Notes under the pieces: generated by a model | Seen by the model: only the letters and a program-made list of their open reading frames with translations | What the model was told of the DNA's origin: nothing | Database searches by the model: none | NCBI GenBank assembly: GCA_964584745.1 | Contig: CAZPBB010000001.1 | Coordinates: 55 to 64,054, forward strand | Direction: 5' to 3' | Source: an uncultured Bacteroidaceae bacterium | Lineage (GTDB): Bacteria; Bacteroidota; Bacteroidia; Bacteroidales; P3 | Length of the DNA stretch: 64,000 nucleotides | Made by a program: the position numbers and the translations under genes | Shown: positions 1 through 9,009 of the stretch, in pieces | Layout: each line of letters begins with the position of its first letter | Position numbering within the stretch: the stretch's first letter is position 1

Positions 1-70
1 GAAACCGCCCCACAATGGAGGGCAGTCCGTAAATTACCGTTTGTTTGGCTAAACTCTTCAGTTGCATGGT

Positions 71-1072
71 CTATTCGTAAAGGGTGGCCAGCACCACATC
101 GCCCACAATCTTGAGTGTGGCGGCCGACACGTTTTCCAGATTGTCGTTGCGGGTATGCCAGTGGGGGAAAAAACCGGTACAGGCCCGGTTGTCGTAGTGC
201 ACGATGTCGATGGTGGGGATATGGGCAAGGTCGTTCACAAAAAGGTGGTCGTCTATCAAGGCGTTTGTGGCGAGGTTTTGAAAAATATTGCCGTAGCCCA
301 TCAACGCGGCTTTTTCCCAGACCTTGCGCATGATATCGGGTGCGTAATACATTGAGGTGGCTTCCATCGTGAAACAAGGTTCGTAAGTTCCCACCATATC
401 CAGCAGGATTCCGTAAGATGCCGAATAATCGGGAACAGGCAGGTTTTCGGCCCAGTATTGGGCACCCAGACACCAGGAATATTCATCACCTGGCTTGTGT
501 TTTTCCCATTCGGGGCGGCCGGAATCTTCCAGATCGAACAGCACGATATCAATGCCGGTCTGGGGCGGTCGCTGTTGCAGAATACGGGCGATTTCAAGCA
601 ATACGGCCACACCGCTCGCTCCATCGTTCGCGCCGTCGATAGGTATCGCCTTCGCTTTTTCGTCCGTGTCGCGGTCGGCGTAGGGGCGAGAATCCCAATG
701 GGCGCAGAGCAATATACGCCGCGTCTGTTCGGGATAGAAAGAAGCCATTATGTTGAAACCTTTCAGTTGGGCGTTGTCCCAACGTCTGGCCTCGAATGTT
801 TGTACCCGCACCGTTGCGCCATAGGCTTCCAGTTTATTTTGCAGGTAGGTCGCGCAATTCTGTTGCGCCCTTGAACCGGGCGTTCTCGGGCCGAAGGCTA
901 CTTGTTCGGCCACGAAGCGGAAAAGCGAATCGGCATCGCATACCGGTGCGGTTGCCTGTCCGGTAGAGGTGTTCTTCGTTTGGCCTGTCTTTTGCTCCCT
1001 ACAGGCCGAAACAAGCAGAAACCAGCATAGGAGCGGTAAACACAGCCATAAAGAAAAGCGGGTAGCGCGCAT
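71..1072 (-). CDS. M28-family metallopeptidase-like lipoprotein, glutaminyl-peptide cyclotransferase type
   Basis: 333 aa ORF with ATG at 1070-1072. Lipobox-like N-terminus (LLVSAC). M28/QC-type motifs HWDSRPYAD, DGANDGASGVAVLLEIAR and FDLEDSG. Assigned by eye. Confidence 0.75.
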   Translation of the reverse strand: MRATRFSLWLCLPLLCWFLLVSACREQKTGQTKNTSTGQATAPVCDADSLFRFVAEQVAFGPRTPGSRAQQNCATYLQNKLEAYGATVRVQTFEARRWDNAQLKGFNIMASFYPEQTRRILLCAHWDSRPYADRDTDEKAKAIPIDGANDGASGVAVLLEIARILQQRPPQTGIDIVLFDLEDSGRPEWEKHKPGDEYSWCLGAQYWAENLPVPDYSASYGILLDMVGTYEPCFTMEATSMYYAPDIMRKVWEKAALMGYGNIFQNLATNALIDDHLFVNDLAHIPTIDIVHYDNRACTGFFPHWHTRNDNLENVSAATLKIVGDVVLATLYE

Positions 1073-1084
1073 GATGAGGCGGAT

Positions 1085-2107
1085 TTAAAATTGAGAAAGG
1101 AAACGCACGTCGTTTTCCGAAAAGAGCCGCAGGTCGTTTACCCGGTAGAGCAGGTTGGCGATGCGTTCCACGCCCATGCCGAAAGCGAATCCGCTGTAGG
1201 TCTGCGGGTCGATGCCGCAGTTTTCGAGCACGTTGGGATCCACCATGCCGCAGCCTAAGATTTCCACCCAGCCCGTACCCTTGCACAGCTGGCAACCCTT
1301 GCCCCCGCAGATCGTGCAGGCGATATCCATTTCGGCCGAAGGTTCGGTAAAGGGAAAGTATGAAGGCCGAAGCCGTATCTTGGTGTCGGAACCGAACATC
1401 TCCTTGGCGAAATACAGCAACGTTTCGCGCAAGTCGGCATAGGAAACACCCTTATCCATATACAGGCCTTCCACCTGATGGAAAAAACAGTGGGCGCGCG
1501 CTGAAACCGCTTCGTTGCGATAGACCCTGCCGGGGCAGAGCGTGCGGATGGGCAGTGGCTTTTCCTGCATGGTGCGTATCTGCACCGAAGAAGTATGGGT
1601 GCGCAGCGCCACGTCGTTCATGCCGTTCTTTTCCACAAAAAAAGTGTCCTGCATGTCACGGGCAGGGTGTTCGGGCGCAAAGTTCAAGGCGGTGAACAGA
1701 TGCCAGTCGTCTTCTATTTCCGGGCCGTCCGAAATATCGAATCCGATTTTGCCGAAAATGCGGTAGATCTCCTCGCGGATAAGCGAGAGCGGATGCCGGT
1801 GCCCGATCCGGTTTTCCACAGGACGACTCAAGTCCGGATTTTTTTCTGTGCTGGCCGACAGGTCTTTGCCGAAATCGTCTTTGGCTTTCTGTACGGCTTC
1901 CTGCACAGCGGTTTTGAGTTCGTTGAGCGCTTGACCGATGCTTTTGCGCAGTTCGGGTTCCACTTTCTTGAATTCCTCAAAAAGTTTGTTCATCTCGCCT
2001 TTCTTTCCGAGAAGACGGATGCGGTAGTTTTCCGATTCTTCGAGAGAGGAGAGCTTTATCTTGCGGGCTTCTTCAAGCAGGCTGTCTATTCTTTCCTTGA
2101 GTGCCAT
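1085..2107 (-). CDS. pheS: phenylalanine--tRNA ligase alpha subunit
   Basis: 340 aa. N-terminal helical arm, then class II aaRS core (RPSYFPFTEPSAEMD, GFAFGMGVERIA). Confidence 0.95.
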   Translation of the reverse strand: MALKERIDSLLEEARKIKLSSLEESENYRIRLLGKKGEMNKLFEEFKKVEPELRKSIGQALNELKTAVQEAVQKAKDDFGKDLSASTEKNPDLSRPVENRIGHRHPLSLIREEIYRIFGKIGFDISDGPEIEDDWHLFTALNFAPEHPARDMQDTFFVEKNGMNDVALRTHTSSVQIRTMQEKPLPIRTLCPGRVYRNEAVSARAHCFFHQVEGLYMDKGVSYADLRETLLYFAKEMFGSDTKIRLRPSYFPFTEPSAEMDIACTICGGKGCQLCKGTGWVEILGCGMVDPNVLENCGIDPQTYSGFAFGMGVERIANLLYRVNDLRLFSENDVRFLSQF

Positions 2108-2122
2108 GGTGTGCGGTTTCGG

Positions 2123-2806
2123 TTATTTGAGGGTAATGGTCATCGGAATATCTTCCAGCGGACGGTTGTTGCCGTCGGTGGCTTGGGCGGCGATGCGGTC
2201 GATAACCTCCATGCCGTCGATAACTTCGCCGAATACTGTGTATTGACCATCCAAGTGGGGCGTGCCGCCTACGGTGGTGTAGAGCTTTTCCTGTTCGGGC
2301 GTGAACGGAACGCCATAGCGCGTTTTCAGGATTTCAATTTCCTGAGGCGTGTAGGTACGGCCTTGCACAATGTAGAATTGCGAAGCCGAAGATTCCCGGA
2401 GGGGATTCACGTTGTCGCCTTGACGGGCGGCCGCCAAAGCGCCTTTTTTATGCAGAAGGCCGGGTACGAATTCCGCTGGAACCGTATAGCCGAGGTCTCC
2501 TGTGCCGAGCATCTCTCCAGGTGCCGCATTTTTCGATTTCGGGTCGCCGCCTTGAATCATAAAGTCTTTGATAACGCGGTGGAAAAGCGTGTTGTCGTAC
2601 ATCTGCGCCTTTACCAACTTGATAAAGTTATCCCGGTGTTGCGGTGTCTGGTTGTAAAGTTTAACGGTCATATCGCCGTAGGGCGTATGGATTACCGCGA
2701 TTTGTTCGGATTCGCCCGGATAGGCGGAAGAAGTTTGCGCTTGCATAACGGTAAGGTTTAGGATAAGGGCTGTCAGCAAAGCAACCGCCCGCATCAAGTA
2801 TTTCAT
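2123..2806 (-). CDS. secreted cyclophilin-type peptidyl-prolyl isomerase
   Basis: The track start at 2818 is TTG; the first ATG is at 2806 (MKYLMRAVALL...). Signal peptide ends in MQAQ. Cyclophilin motifs FHRVIKDFMIQGGDP and YTVFGEVIDGMEVIDRI. Confidence 0.9.
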   Translation of the reverse strand: MKYLMRAVALLTALILNLTVMQAQTSSAYPGESEQIAVIHTPYGDMTVKLYNQTPQHRDNFIKLVKAQMYDNTLFHRVIKDFMIQGGDPKSKNAAPGEMLGTGDLGYTVPAEFVPGLLHKKGALAAARQGDNVNPLRESSASQFYIVQGRTYTPQEIEILKTRYGVPFTPEQEKLYTTVGGTPHLDGQYTVFGEVIDGMEVIDRIAAQATDGNNRPLEDIPMTITLK

Positions 2807-2957
2807 GGCTTTTGTCAATTTTTTTTATTGCAACCAACAAAGATAATGAAAGTCGGGAGTAGAAGCAAACGGTCGTTTGCTTCTGCCGAGACCGGGACCA
2901 GATTATCTTCAACGGAGTTAAAGATAATGAAAGTCGGGAGTGGAAGCGGACTTTCCC

Positions 2958-3686
2958 TTATACCGGGGCGGCGATTGTAAACACCGATACACGGGCGTCT
3001 GGAATCTGCAGGATTTGGCGGGCGCAGCTCTCCACGGTAGCCCCCGTTGTGAATACATCGTCTATGATCAAGAAATGTTTTCCGGCAAAGCGTGTTTCCT
3101 GCCTGGCGGCATCCGACAGGCAGAACGCTGTCCTTACATTCTCCCAGCGCGATATCCTGTTCTTGCGCGTCTGACTTTCCGAAACTGTCCTTTTTTCCAA
3201 TAGCGTTTTTTCGATGCCTATTTCCGGAAAATGGCTGCCTATGCCCGCTGCGATGCAGAGACTTTGGTTGTAACCCCGTTTTTTCTCCTTCTGGAGATGC
3301 AAGGGAACGGGTACCATGAAATCGGGCATGCTGAACGTGGTCGAAGCCCGAAGCCTTTCGCCGGCGATGTGTCCCAAAAAGACCCCGGTTTCGGCATGCC
3401 CGTTGTATTTGAGTTCGTGGAGCATGTTTTGCACGATGCCTTGTTTTTTAAAGACCAGCATGGCCGCGGCGAATTCCACTTTTACCCGTGCGGCAAGTTC
3501 GGTAAAGACGGGATTGTCAGGCTCGTTTTCGTATCGTGTAAAAGGCAGTTGGGCGGCACATCTACAGCAGAGTATATGCTCGTTTATATTCAGTTCCTTT
3601 CCACAGCCGGCGCATGTTTCGGGGTAGAAAAAACAAACACAGCTGTTTACCATTAATCTAAAATTTGTTAAAAGAGATATTTGCAT
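2958..3686 (-). CDS. ComF-family phosphoribosyltransferase-like protein
   Basis: N-terminal four-Cys region (CAGCG ... CCRC) plus PRTase motif FLIIDDVFTTGATV. Alternative ATG at 3653. Confidence 0.85.
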   Translation of the reverse strand: MQISLLTNFRLMVNSCVCFFYPETCAGCGKELNINEHILCCRCAAQLPFTRYENEPDNPVFTELAARVKVEFAAAMLVFKKQGIVQNMLHELKYNGHAETGVFLGHIAGERLRASTTFSMPDFMVPVPLHLQKEKKRGYNQSLCIAAGIGSHFPEIGIEKTLLEKRTVSESQTRKNRISRWENVRTAFCLSDAARQETRFAGKHFLIIDDVFTTGATVESCARQILQIPDARVSVFTIAAPV

Positions 3687-3747
3687 CTTGCCGAATTTAG
3701 GTTACCTTTGTCCTAAGGCTAAACATCATAAAAGAAAAGGAACAGTC

Positions 3748-4644
3748 ATGGCATCTTCATCACAAAGAAAAGTCAAGGTATTGTACACCATCATTGTTAT
3801 TCTGATTTTGGCAGCGGCCTTTATGGGCTATGGATTGTACAAAGCGGAAGTGGCACGTGAAAAGAGTTTTACGCAAGGCGTGGAACTCAAAAGCGAGCTG
3901 GACAAGGTGATGGATGAGTACACCACCGTCAAAATGGAAAATCAGGATCTTTCCGCGCAAATGTCCGAAAAAGACAGCATCATTTTGGCCAATAAGGCTG
4001 AAATAGAAAAACTGATCGCCACGCAGGCAGACTATAACAAGATCCGTCGCAAACTTGAGCTTCTGCGCAAGATTACGCAGGAATATGTGGTGAGGATAGA
4101 TTCTTTGGTGGTGGCCAATCAGGCGCTTACCGAAGAGAATACACAGATGAAGGAAACCGTTAACCGTTTTCAGGAACAAAACAACCGGTTGGAAGCCGAC
4201 AAGGTACAGTTGCAGGAAAAGATAACGGAGGCTTCGGTGCTTCAGGCCTATGATATTCACGCACAACCGGTGCGGCTTCGTGCCGACGGCAAGGAAATCG
4301 CCACCGATCGGGCCCGCAGGGTAACCCGCATCAGTCTGCGTTTCAACCTGAATGAAAACAAACTTACAGAACCGGGGCTTAGGCCGGTTTATGTGCGGAT
4401 TTCCCGTCCCGACGGTGTGGTGATGACTTTGGGTAGTGATGACATCTACACCTTCAATCTTAAGGGCGAAACCTTGTCTTATACGATGAAGGAGGAAATA
4501 GACTATCGCAATGCAGTGCAGGAAGTGAAGATGCATTGGGATCGCCGTGATACGGAAACGCCGGCCATGTCGGGCCGTTACGAAGTGCGGATATACATGG
4601 ATGGAGAAGAAATCGGCCAAAGTGAATTTACCATCCGTGACTGA
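3748..4644 (+). CDS. hypothetical membrane-anchored coiled-coil protein
   Basis: ATG at 3748 (MASSSQRK). One N-terminal TM helix (VLYTIIVILILAAAFMGYGLY), about 150 aa of heptad-like E/K/Q-rich sequence, then a C-terminal beta-rich domain. No family recognised. Confidence 0.7.
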   Translation: MASSSQRKVKVLYTIIVILILAAAFMGYGLYKAEVAREKSFTQGVELKSELDKVMDEYTTVKMENQDLSAQMSEKDSIILANKAEIEKLIATQADYNKIRRKLELLRKITQEYVVRIDSLVVANQALTEENTQMKETVNRFQEQNNRLEADKVQLQEKITEASVLQAYDIHAQPVRLRADGKEIATDRARRVTRISLRFNLNENKLTEPGLRPVYVRISRPDGVVMTLGSDDIYTFNLKGETLSYTMKEEIDYRNAVQEVKMHWDRRDTETPAMSGRYEVRIYMDGEEIGQSEFTIRD

Positions 4645-4668
4645 TCTGGAATCAATAGTCCTCTTTAG

Positions 4669-5586
4669 ATGCGTTGCGGCGTAGATATAGGCGGAACCAA
4701 TGTCCGGGTGGGCTTGGTGGACGAAACGGGCAACATCGTGGACCACGATGTTGTCCGTTGTTCGCTTTATGAAACGGCAGACGATTTGGTGCTGACCATC
4801 GCCTACACCATTTTGCGCTTGGCCAAAGTAAACGGCGTGAAGGTGAGCGGCATTGGAATAGGATGTCCCAATGCATGCCCTCTCGACGGCACGGTGGAAC
4901 AGGCCACCAATCTGAAATTCAAACAGAAATTTTCGCTCAAGGAACTTTTTCATAAGTACTTTCCCGATATTCCGGTGCGGGTGGACAATGATGCCAATGC
5001 CGCCGCCATCGGTGAGTTGGTCTATGGTAAAGGGCGCGGAGTAAAGGATTTTATTTTCGTTACGCTCGGAACGGGTGTGGGGGGCGGTATCGTGAGCGAT
5101 GGAAAATTGCTTTACGGACACAACGGAAAAGCGGGTGAAATCGGCCATATGATAGTGGAAAACGATGGTCGCCCTTGTGGTTGCGGGCGAAAAGGCTGTC
5201 TGGAACGTTATGTGGCCGCTGCGGGTCTTTGTCAGACTTATGCTGCGTTTTGTGCCGCCGCCTCTCTCCCTTGCACGGCGCAAGACAGTCGTGCCATCTC
5301 CGTCTTGGCGCGGGGCGGCAACGAGCAGGCCTTGCAGACTTATGAAAATGTAGGGCGTTATCTCGGCATCGCGTTGGCCAATGTGGCTTGTGTAACGGCG
5401 CCTTCCCATATCTTTATTTTCGGTGGTGTGGCGCAGGCCGGCGAACTTCTGCTGGCGCCTATCCGCCGCCATTTCAATCAAAATCTGCTTTACTGTTATC
5501 GGGATCAAATCAGGATAGAACTTTCGGGATTGATGTCGAACCAAAACAATGCCGCCATATTGGGTGCGGCCGCGCTGTTGGGATAG
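4669..5586 (+). CDS. ROK-family sugar kinase (glucokinase-like)
   Basis: N-terminal ATP motif GVDIGGTNVRVGLVD. ROK zinc motif GHMIVENDGRPCGCGRKGCLE. Confidence 0.85.
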   Translation: MRCGVDIGGTNVRVGLVDETGNIVDHDVVRCSLYETADDLVLTIAYTILRLAKVNGVKVSGIGIGCPNACPLDGTVEQATNLKFKQKFSLKELFHKYFPDIPVRVDNDANAAAIGELVYGKGRGVKDFIFVTLGTGVGGGIVSDGKLLYGHNGKAGEIGHMIVENDGRPCGCGRKGCLERYVAAAGLCQTYAAFCAAASLPCTAQDSRAISVLARGGNEQALQTYENVGRYLGIALANVACVTAPSHIFIFGGVAQAGELLLAPIRRHFNQNLLYCYRDQIRIELSGLMSNQNNAAILGAAALLG

Positions 5587-5587
5587 A

Positions 5588-5983
5588 TTATCCGCCCAGA
5601 GGCGAAAAGGCATCGGGAATATGTCCCACCACGCGACATTCGTTGCCGTTCCGTTCCACCCATACGATATCAAAACGGATTTCTTCCGACCATCTTTTTT
5701 CGCGCACGTATTTGGCCGCCGCCGAATAAAGAAACATCTGCTTGCGCCTATCCACCGCATAGGGGGCCGACACAAGGCTGTCGGGTGCACGGGTCTTGAC
5801 TTCGACAAACACAAGGGTATTACCTTTCTGTAAGATCAGGTCTATTTCGCGGTGCGCATAACGATAGTTCGAGTCCAACACCTCATAGCCTTTCAGCCGC
5901 AGATAAGTCGCCGCCAGCACTTCTCCCGCCATGCCGGCCCTGTAGGCAGCCACTTTCCTCTTTTTCTTCATAAAGGTTGTCAT
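5588..5983 (-). CDS. YraN-family (UPF0102) endonuclease-like protein
   Basis: About 130 aa. GYEVLDSNYRYAHREIDLI ... LVFVEVKTR is typical of the YraN/PD-(D/E)xK fold. Alternative ATG at 5971. Confidence 0.8.
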   Translation of the reverse strand: MTTFMKKKRKVAAYRAGMAGEVLAATYLRLKGYEVLDSNYRYAHREIDLILQKGNTLVFVEVKTRAPDSLVSAPYAVDRRKQMFLYSAAAKYVREKRWSEEIRFDIVWVERNGNECRVVGHIPDAFSPLGG

Positions 5984-6189
5984 AGATATGTTTCTTGATA
6001 AAACGTTTCAATTGTAAATTATCGGGATTTTGAATGGAAATTTTTTTTAACAAGATAAAAAATAGTTGATAATCAATAACTGTTTAAGGAGGCGTTACTT
6101 CGGATTTCAAAAAAAATGCGTAGATTTGGCTTGCGGTTGCCGTTGTAAGACGAGCGGCATCGCAGATAAACCTTTAAAAATAAAGAATC

Positions 6190-6750
6190 ATGGTTAAGAC
6201 AAAAAAATGGATCTGCACGGTTTGCGGTTTCGTTTATGAAGGCGCAAATCCTCCCGCCAGCTGCCCCCAATGCAAGGCAGGTGCCGATAAGTTCAAGGAA
6301 TTGGTAGAAGACGACAGCGTTCTTTCTTTCGTTACCGAACATCAGATTGGCATCGCCAAGGATTGCGACGAAGAAATGAAGAAAGACCTGAACAACCACT
6401 TTATGGGCGAAGCCACCGAAGTGGGGATGTATCTGGCTATGAGCCGTCAGGCGGATCGCGAAGGCTATCCCGAAGTGGCGGAGGCCTTTAAGCGCTATGC
6501 GTTTGAGGAAGCCGAACACTGCGCCAAATTTGCCGAACTGTTGGGCGAAATGGTATGGGATACCAAGACCAACCTTGAAAAGAGAATGCATGCCGAAGCC
6601 GGTGCCAATGCCGACAAGATGCGCATTGCCAAACGTGCCAAGGAACTGAACCTGGATGCGATTCACGATACGGTTCATGAAATGGCCAAAGACGAAGCCC
6701 GTCACGGACAGGGTTTCGCCGGGTTGTATAACCGGTATTTCAAGAAATAG
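6190..6750 (+). CDS. rbr: rubrerythrin, reverse domain order (N-terminal rubredoxin-like, C-terminal ferritin-like)
   Basis: CTVCG...CPQC at the N-terminus, followed by a four-helix diiron region with ExxH motifs (EEAEH, DEARH). Confidence 0.9.
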   Translation: MVKTKKWICTVCGFVYEGANPPASCPQCKAGADKFKELVEDDSVLSFVTEHQIGIAKDCDEEMKKDLNNHFMGEATEVGMYLAMSRQADREGYPEVAEAFKRYAFEEAEHCAKFAELLGEMVWDTKTNLEKRMHAEAGANADKMRIAKRAKELNLDAIHDTVHEMAKDEARHGQGFAGLYNRYFKK

Positions 6751-6973
6751 TTGCTCGTGGCTTCCGCCACTCGTGATTGCTCGTGGCTTCGCCACTTGCT
6801 GGGAATAAGGTTCCCCCCAAAGAATTACTCGAGGCTTCGCCCCTCGTGATTCTTTGGGGGGAGGCTTTACAAAAAGACAGAGGCGAGAAGGTAAAACCTT
6901 CTCGCCTCTGGTATAAAGGGGGAGCGGAAAAATATAAGCCTGCGGCTCATCTTTTCCCACTCCCCCTTTATAC
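6751..6973. repeat. array of short direct repeats and four stem-loops downstream of rubrerythrin
   Basis: Three copies of a TTGCTCGTGGCTTCGCCAC-like unit (6751, 6777, 6825), each holding a small GTGGC-TTC-GCCAC-type hairpin. Inverted repeats: CCCCCCAAAGAAT (6813-6825) with ATTCTTTGGGGGG (6848-6860); CAGAGGCGAGAAGG (6878-6891) with CCTTCTCGCCTCTG (6897-6910); GTATAAAGGGGGAG (6911-6924) with CTCCCCCTTTATAC (6960-6973). Confidence 0.7.
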
Positions 6974-6976
6974 AGC

Positions 6977-7008
6977 AAGCCGCGCATTCGCGCGGCTTGT
7001 TTCTTTTT
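6977..7008 (+). terminator. rho-independent terminator
   Basis: 9-bp GC-rich stem AAGCCGCGC / GCGCGGCTT with a 4-nt loop, followed by GTTTCTTTTT. Confidence 0.75.
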
Positions 7009-7009
7009 G

Positions 7010-7083
7010 TAGCGGGGACGAGAATTGAACTCGTGACCTCCGGGTTATGAATCCGACGCTCTAACCAACTGAGCTACCCCGCC
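7010..7083 (-). tRNA. tRNA with CAT anticodon (Met, or Ile2 if lysidine-modified)
   Basis: The reverse complement reads GGCGGGGTAGCTCAGTTGGTTAGAGCGTCGGATTCATAACCCGGAGGTCACGAGTTCAATTCTCGTCCCCGCTA. It folds by eye into a cloverleaf with anticodon loop TTCATAA and a GTTCAATTC T-loop. Confidence 0.85.
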
Positions 7084-7248
7084 AAGTTTTGAGGGTGCAA
7101 AAGTAATAAAAAAAATCGAACCAGAAACAAAGTGCAATATCTTATAACTGACGTTTTCTCCGGTTTCCGGCTTCGGTATGATCAAAACAATTTGGCTTCT
7201 GCGCCCGACTTTTTGTATCTTTGTTGCTTGATAGTTCGATATTTGGGT

Positions 7249-8436
7249 ATGAAAAGGATAAAGATGCTCGATCTCAGGGCGCAGGATAAACGGTGCCGGA
7301 GAAAGATAAGGAAAGGAATCAAACGGGTTATCAAATCGGTTGACTTCATCAACGGGAAGGAAGTCGGCGTGTTTCAACGGAGGTTGGAAAGTTACCTCGG
7401 TGTAAAGCATGTCATTCCTTGCGGAAACGGTACGGATGCGATACAGATTTCCTTGATGGCATTAGACCTTGTCCCTGGCGATGAGGTGATTGTACCTGCC
7501 TTTACCTTTGTGGCGGCGGCCGAGGCGGTTCGGCTCTTGGGCTTGAAGCCGGTGTTCGCCGACATTGATGTGAACACCTTCAACATTGATCCTGCCGCGG
7601 TGGAACGTGCCGTAACCGACCGTACCCGCGCCATTATTCCGGTTCATCTTTTCGGGCAGTGTGCCGACATGACTTCCATTATGGAGATTGCCGCCAAATA
7701 TCGTCTGTTTGTAATCGAAGATACCTGTCAGGCTTTGGGTTCCGACTATATCATAAGGGAAGGAACCGGCCAGTTGCAGATGGGGCCCTTTACCTACGAT
7801 TATCGTTGCACTGAACATGGCATCCGCAAGAAAGCGGGTACTATCGGCCATATCGGTTGTACCTCGTTCTTTCCGAGCAAGAGTCTGGGTGCATATGGTG
7901 ATGGCGGAGCGGTGTTTACCAACGATGATGAATTGGCCGACCGTATTCGCAAGATCGCGAGCCATGGTGCAGGCAGACGCTACATACACCAATATATCGG
8001 CGTGAATTCCCGATTGGATACCATACAGGCCGTGGTGCTCAATGCCAAGTTGCCGTTTATAAACAGGCATAGTTTAAAGCGTAGCAGGATCGCGGCTTTT
8101 TATGACAAGGAATTTGTGAGTTGCATGCAACTGAAGGTGCCTTCGCGTGCGCCTCATTCCACGCATATTTTCCATCAGTATTGTCTGCTTTGCCGTAGCG
8201 AGCGGGAGCGCAATGCCTTGCAATTCCATTTGGAAAGCTGGGGTATTCCCACACGGGTTTATTACCCGCTTCCTTTGCATCTGCAACAGGCTTTTGTGGG
8301 TTTGGGCTATCGGAAAGGTGATTTCCCGGTGGCGGAAAATGTGGCCAAGCGCATTATGGCCATTCCGATTCATCCTAATCTCAAACGTCGCCAAATCCGC
8401 TATATCAGTAAGGGAATACTGAGTTTTTTTGACTAA
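7249..8436 (+). CDS. DegT/DnrJ/EryC1/StrS-family PLP-dependent sugar aminotransferase
   Basis: ATG at 7249 (MKRIKMLDLRAQ); the track start at 7132 is unlikely. Motifs CGNGTDAIQISL and SFFPSKSLGAYGDGGAV (PLP-Lys region). It has an extra about 25-aa insert before the Lys region. Confidence 0.85.
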   Translation: MKRIKMLDLRAQDKRCRRKIRKGIKRVIKSVDFINGKEVGVFQRRLESYLGVKHVIPCGNGTDAIQISLMALDLVPGDEVIVPAFTFVAAAEAVRLLGLKPVFADIDVNTFNIDPAAVERAVTDRTRAIIPVHLFGQCADMTSIMEIAAKYRLFVIEDTCQALGSDYIIREGTGQLQMGPFTYDYRCTEHGIRKKAGTIGHIGCTSFFPSKSLGAYGDGGAVFTNDDELADRIRKIASHGAGRRYIHQYIGVNSRLDTIQAVVLNAKLPFINRHSLKRSRIAAFYDKEFVSCMQLKVPSRAPHSTHIFHQYCLLCRSERERNALQFHLESWGIPTRVYYPLPLHLQQAFVGLGYRKGDFPVAENVAKRIMAIPIHPNLKRRQIRYISKGILSFFD

Positions 8437-8482
8437 TTTCGCACCTCCGCTTAAGGGAAAGCCTTATGCGCGAAAGGTTGAT

Positions 8483-8554
8483 GGCCCTGTAGTTCAATGG
8501 ATAGAACGGAAGTTTCCTAAACTTTAAATAGGGGTTCGATTCCCCTCGGGGCTA
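8483..8554 (+). tRNA. tRNA-Arg (anticodon CCT)
   Basis: Cloverleaf by eye: acceptor GGCCCTG/CGGGGCT, D arm GTTC/GAAC, anticodon stem GAAGT/ACTTT with loop TTCCTAA, T arm AGGGG-TTCGATT-CCCCT, discriminator A. Confidence 0.9.
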
Positions 8555-8652
8555 CAAGAAACATTGATTGTTAATTTATTAAGACTTAAACACCCAATTT
8601 TACACCCCTATTGTGTAGGATTGGGGTTTTGTTTTATTGGCTAATATACCCA

Positions 8653-8988
8653 TTATTTCCGACCTCCAGTTTTTTTGCCGGCCAAAGCCAAGGCCATATC
8701 CGCGTCCACGATGATTTTACGCCCTATCTGCGTAATGGCTTGGCTTATTTTGCCACTTTGTTTGATACGCTTGGCTGTCGGAACACTGCACCCAAACAAC
8801 CGGGCAATTCCTCCAAGTCCGTACACATATCTTTTTTCAAAAGGAGCAACATTTTGTGTTGCTTCGATTGTTCTGCCCTGTAAAAATTGTTGATTCAGCG
8901 ACAGAAATTCCGCCCCGGTCATCTGCCAAATAGGCTTTTCGAGCAAGTCTTGCACGTCGATGTTCTGAAGGTTGTCGGGCAATGCCAT
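8653..8988 (-). CDS. DUF3853-like helix-turn-helix protein
   Basis: 111 aa. YVYGLGGIARLFGCSVPTAKRIKQSGKISQAITQIGRKIIVDADMALALAG matches the DUF3853 pattern I remember from Bacteroidales mobile elements. Confidence 0.7.
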   Translation of the reverse strand: MALPDNLQNIDVQDLLEKPIWQMTGAEFLSLNQQFLQGRTIEATQNVAPFEKRYVYGLGGIARLFGCSVPTAKRIKQSGKISQAITQIGRKIIVDADMALALAGKKTGGRK

Positions 8989-9009
8989 AGTCGTATCTTT
9001 TGCGTGGGG

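Noticed and set aside
1595-2761. 388-aa plus-strand ORF
   Set aside because: It is antisense to pheS and the cyclophilin gene, both of which have unambiguous motifs. It has no motif of its own.
3760-5814. 684-aa minus-strand ORF, the longest in this part of the track
   Set aside because: It runs antisense across three well-supported plus-strand genes (coiled-coil protein, ROK kinase, part of the yraN region). Its translation is low-complexity, Arg/Gly/His-rich and has no recognisable motifs. It is a typical shadow ORF in GC-rich DNA.
6066-6079. Fur/PerR-like operator (TTGATAATCAATAA) upstream of rubrerythrin
   Set aside because: It is only a partial match to the 7-1-7 consensus: the second half-site is a direct rather than inverted repeat. 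I cannot support it from sequence alone.
6073-6987. 304-aa minus-strand ORF
   Set aside because: It is antisense to rubrerythrin, and its N-terminal part merely translates the hairpin/repeat array at 6751-6973.
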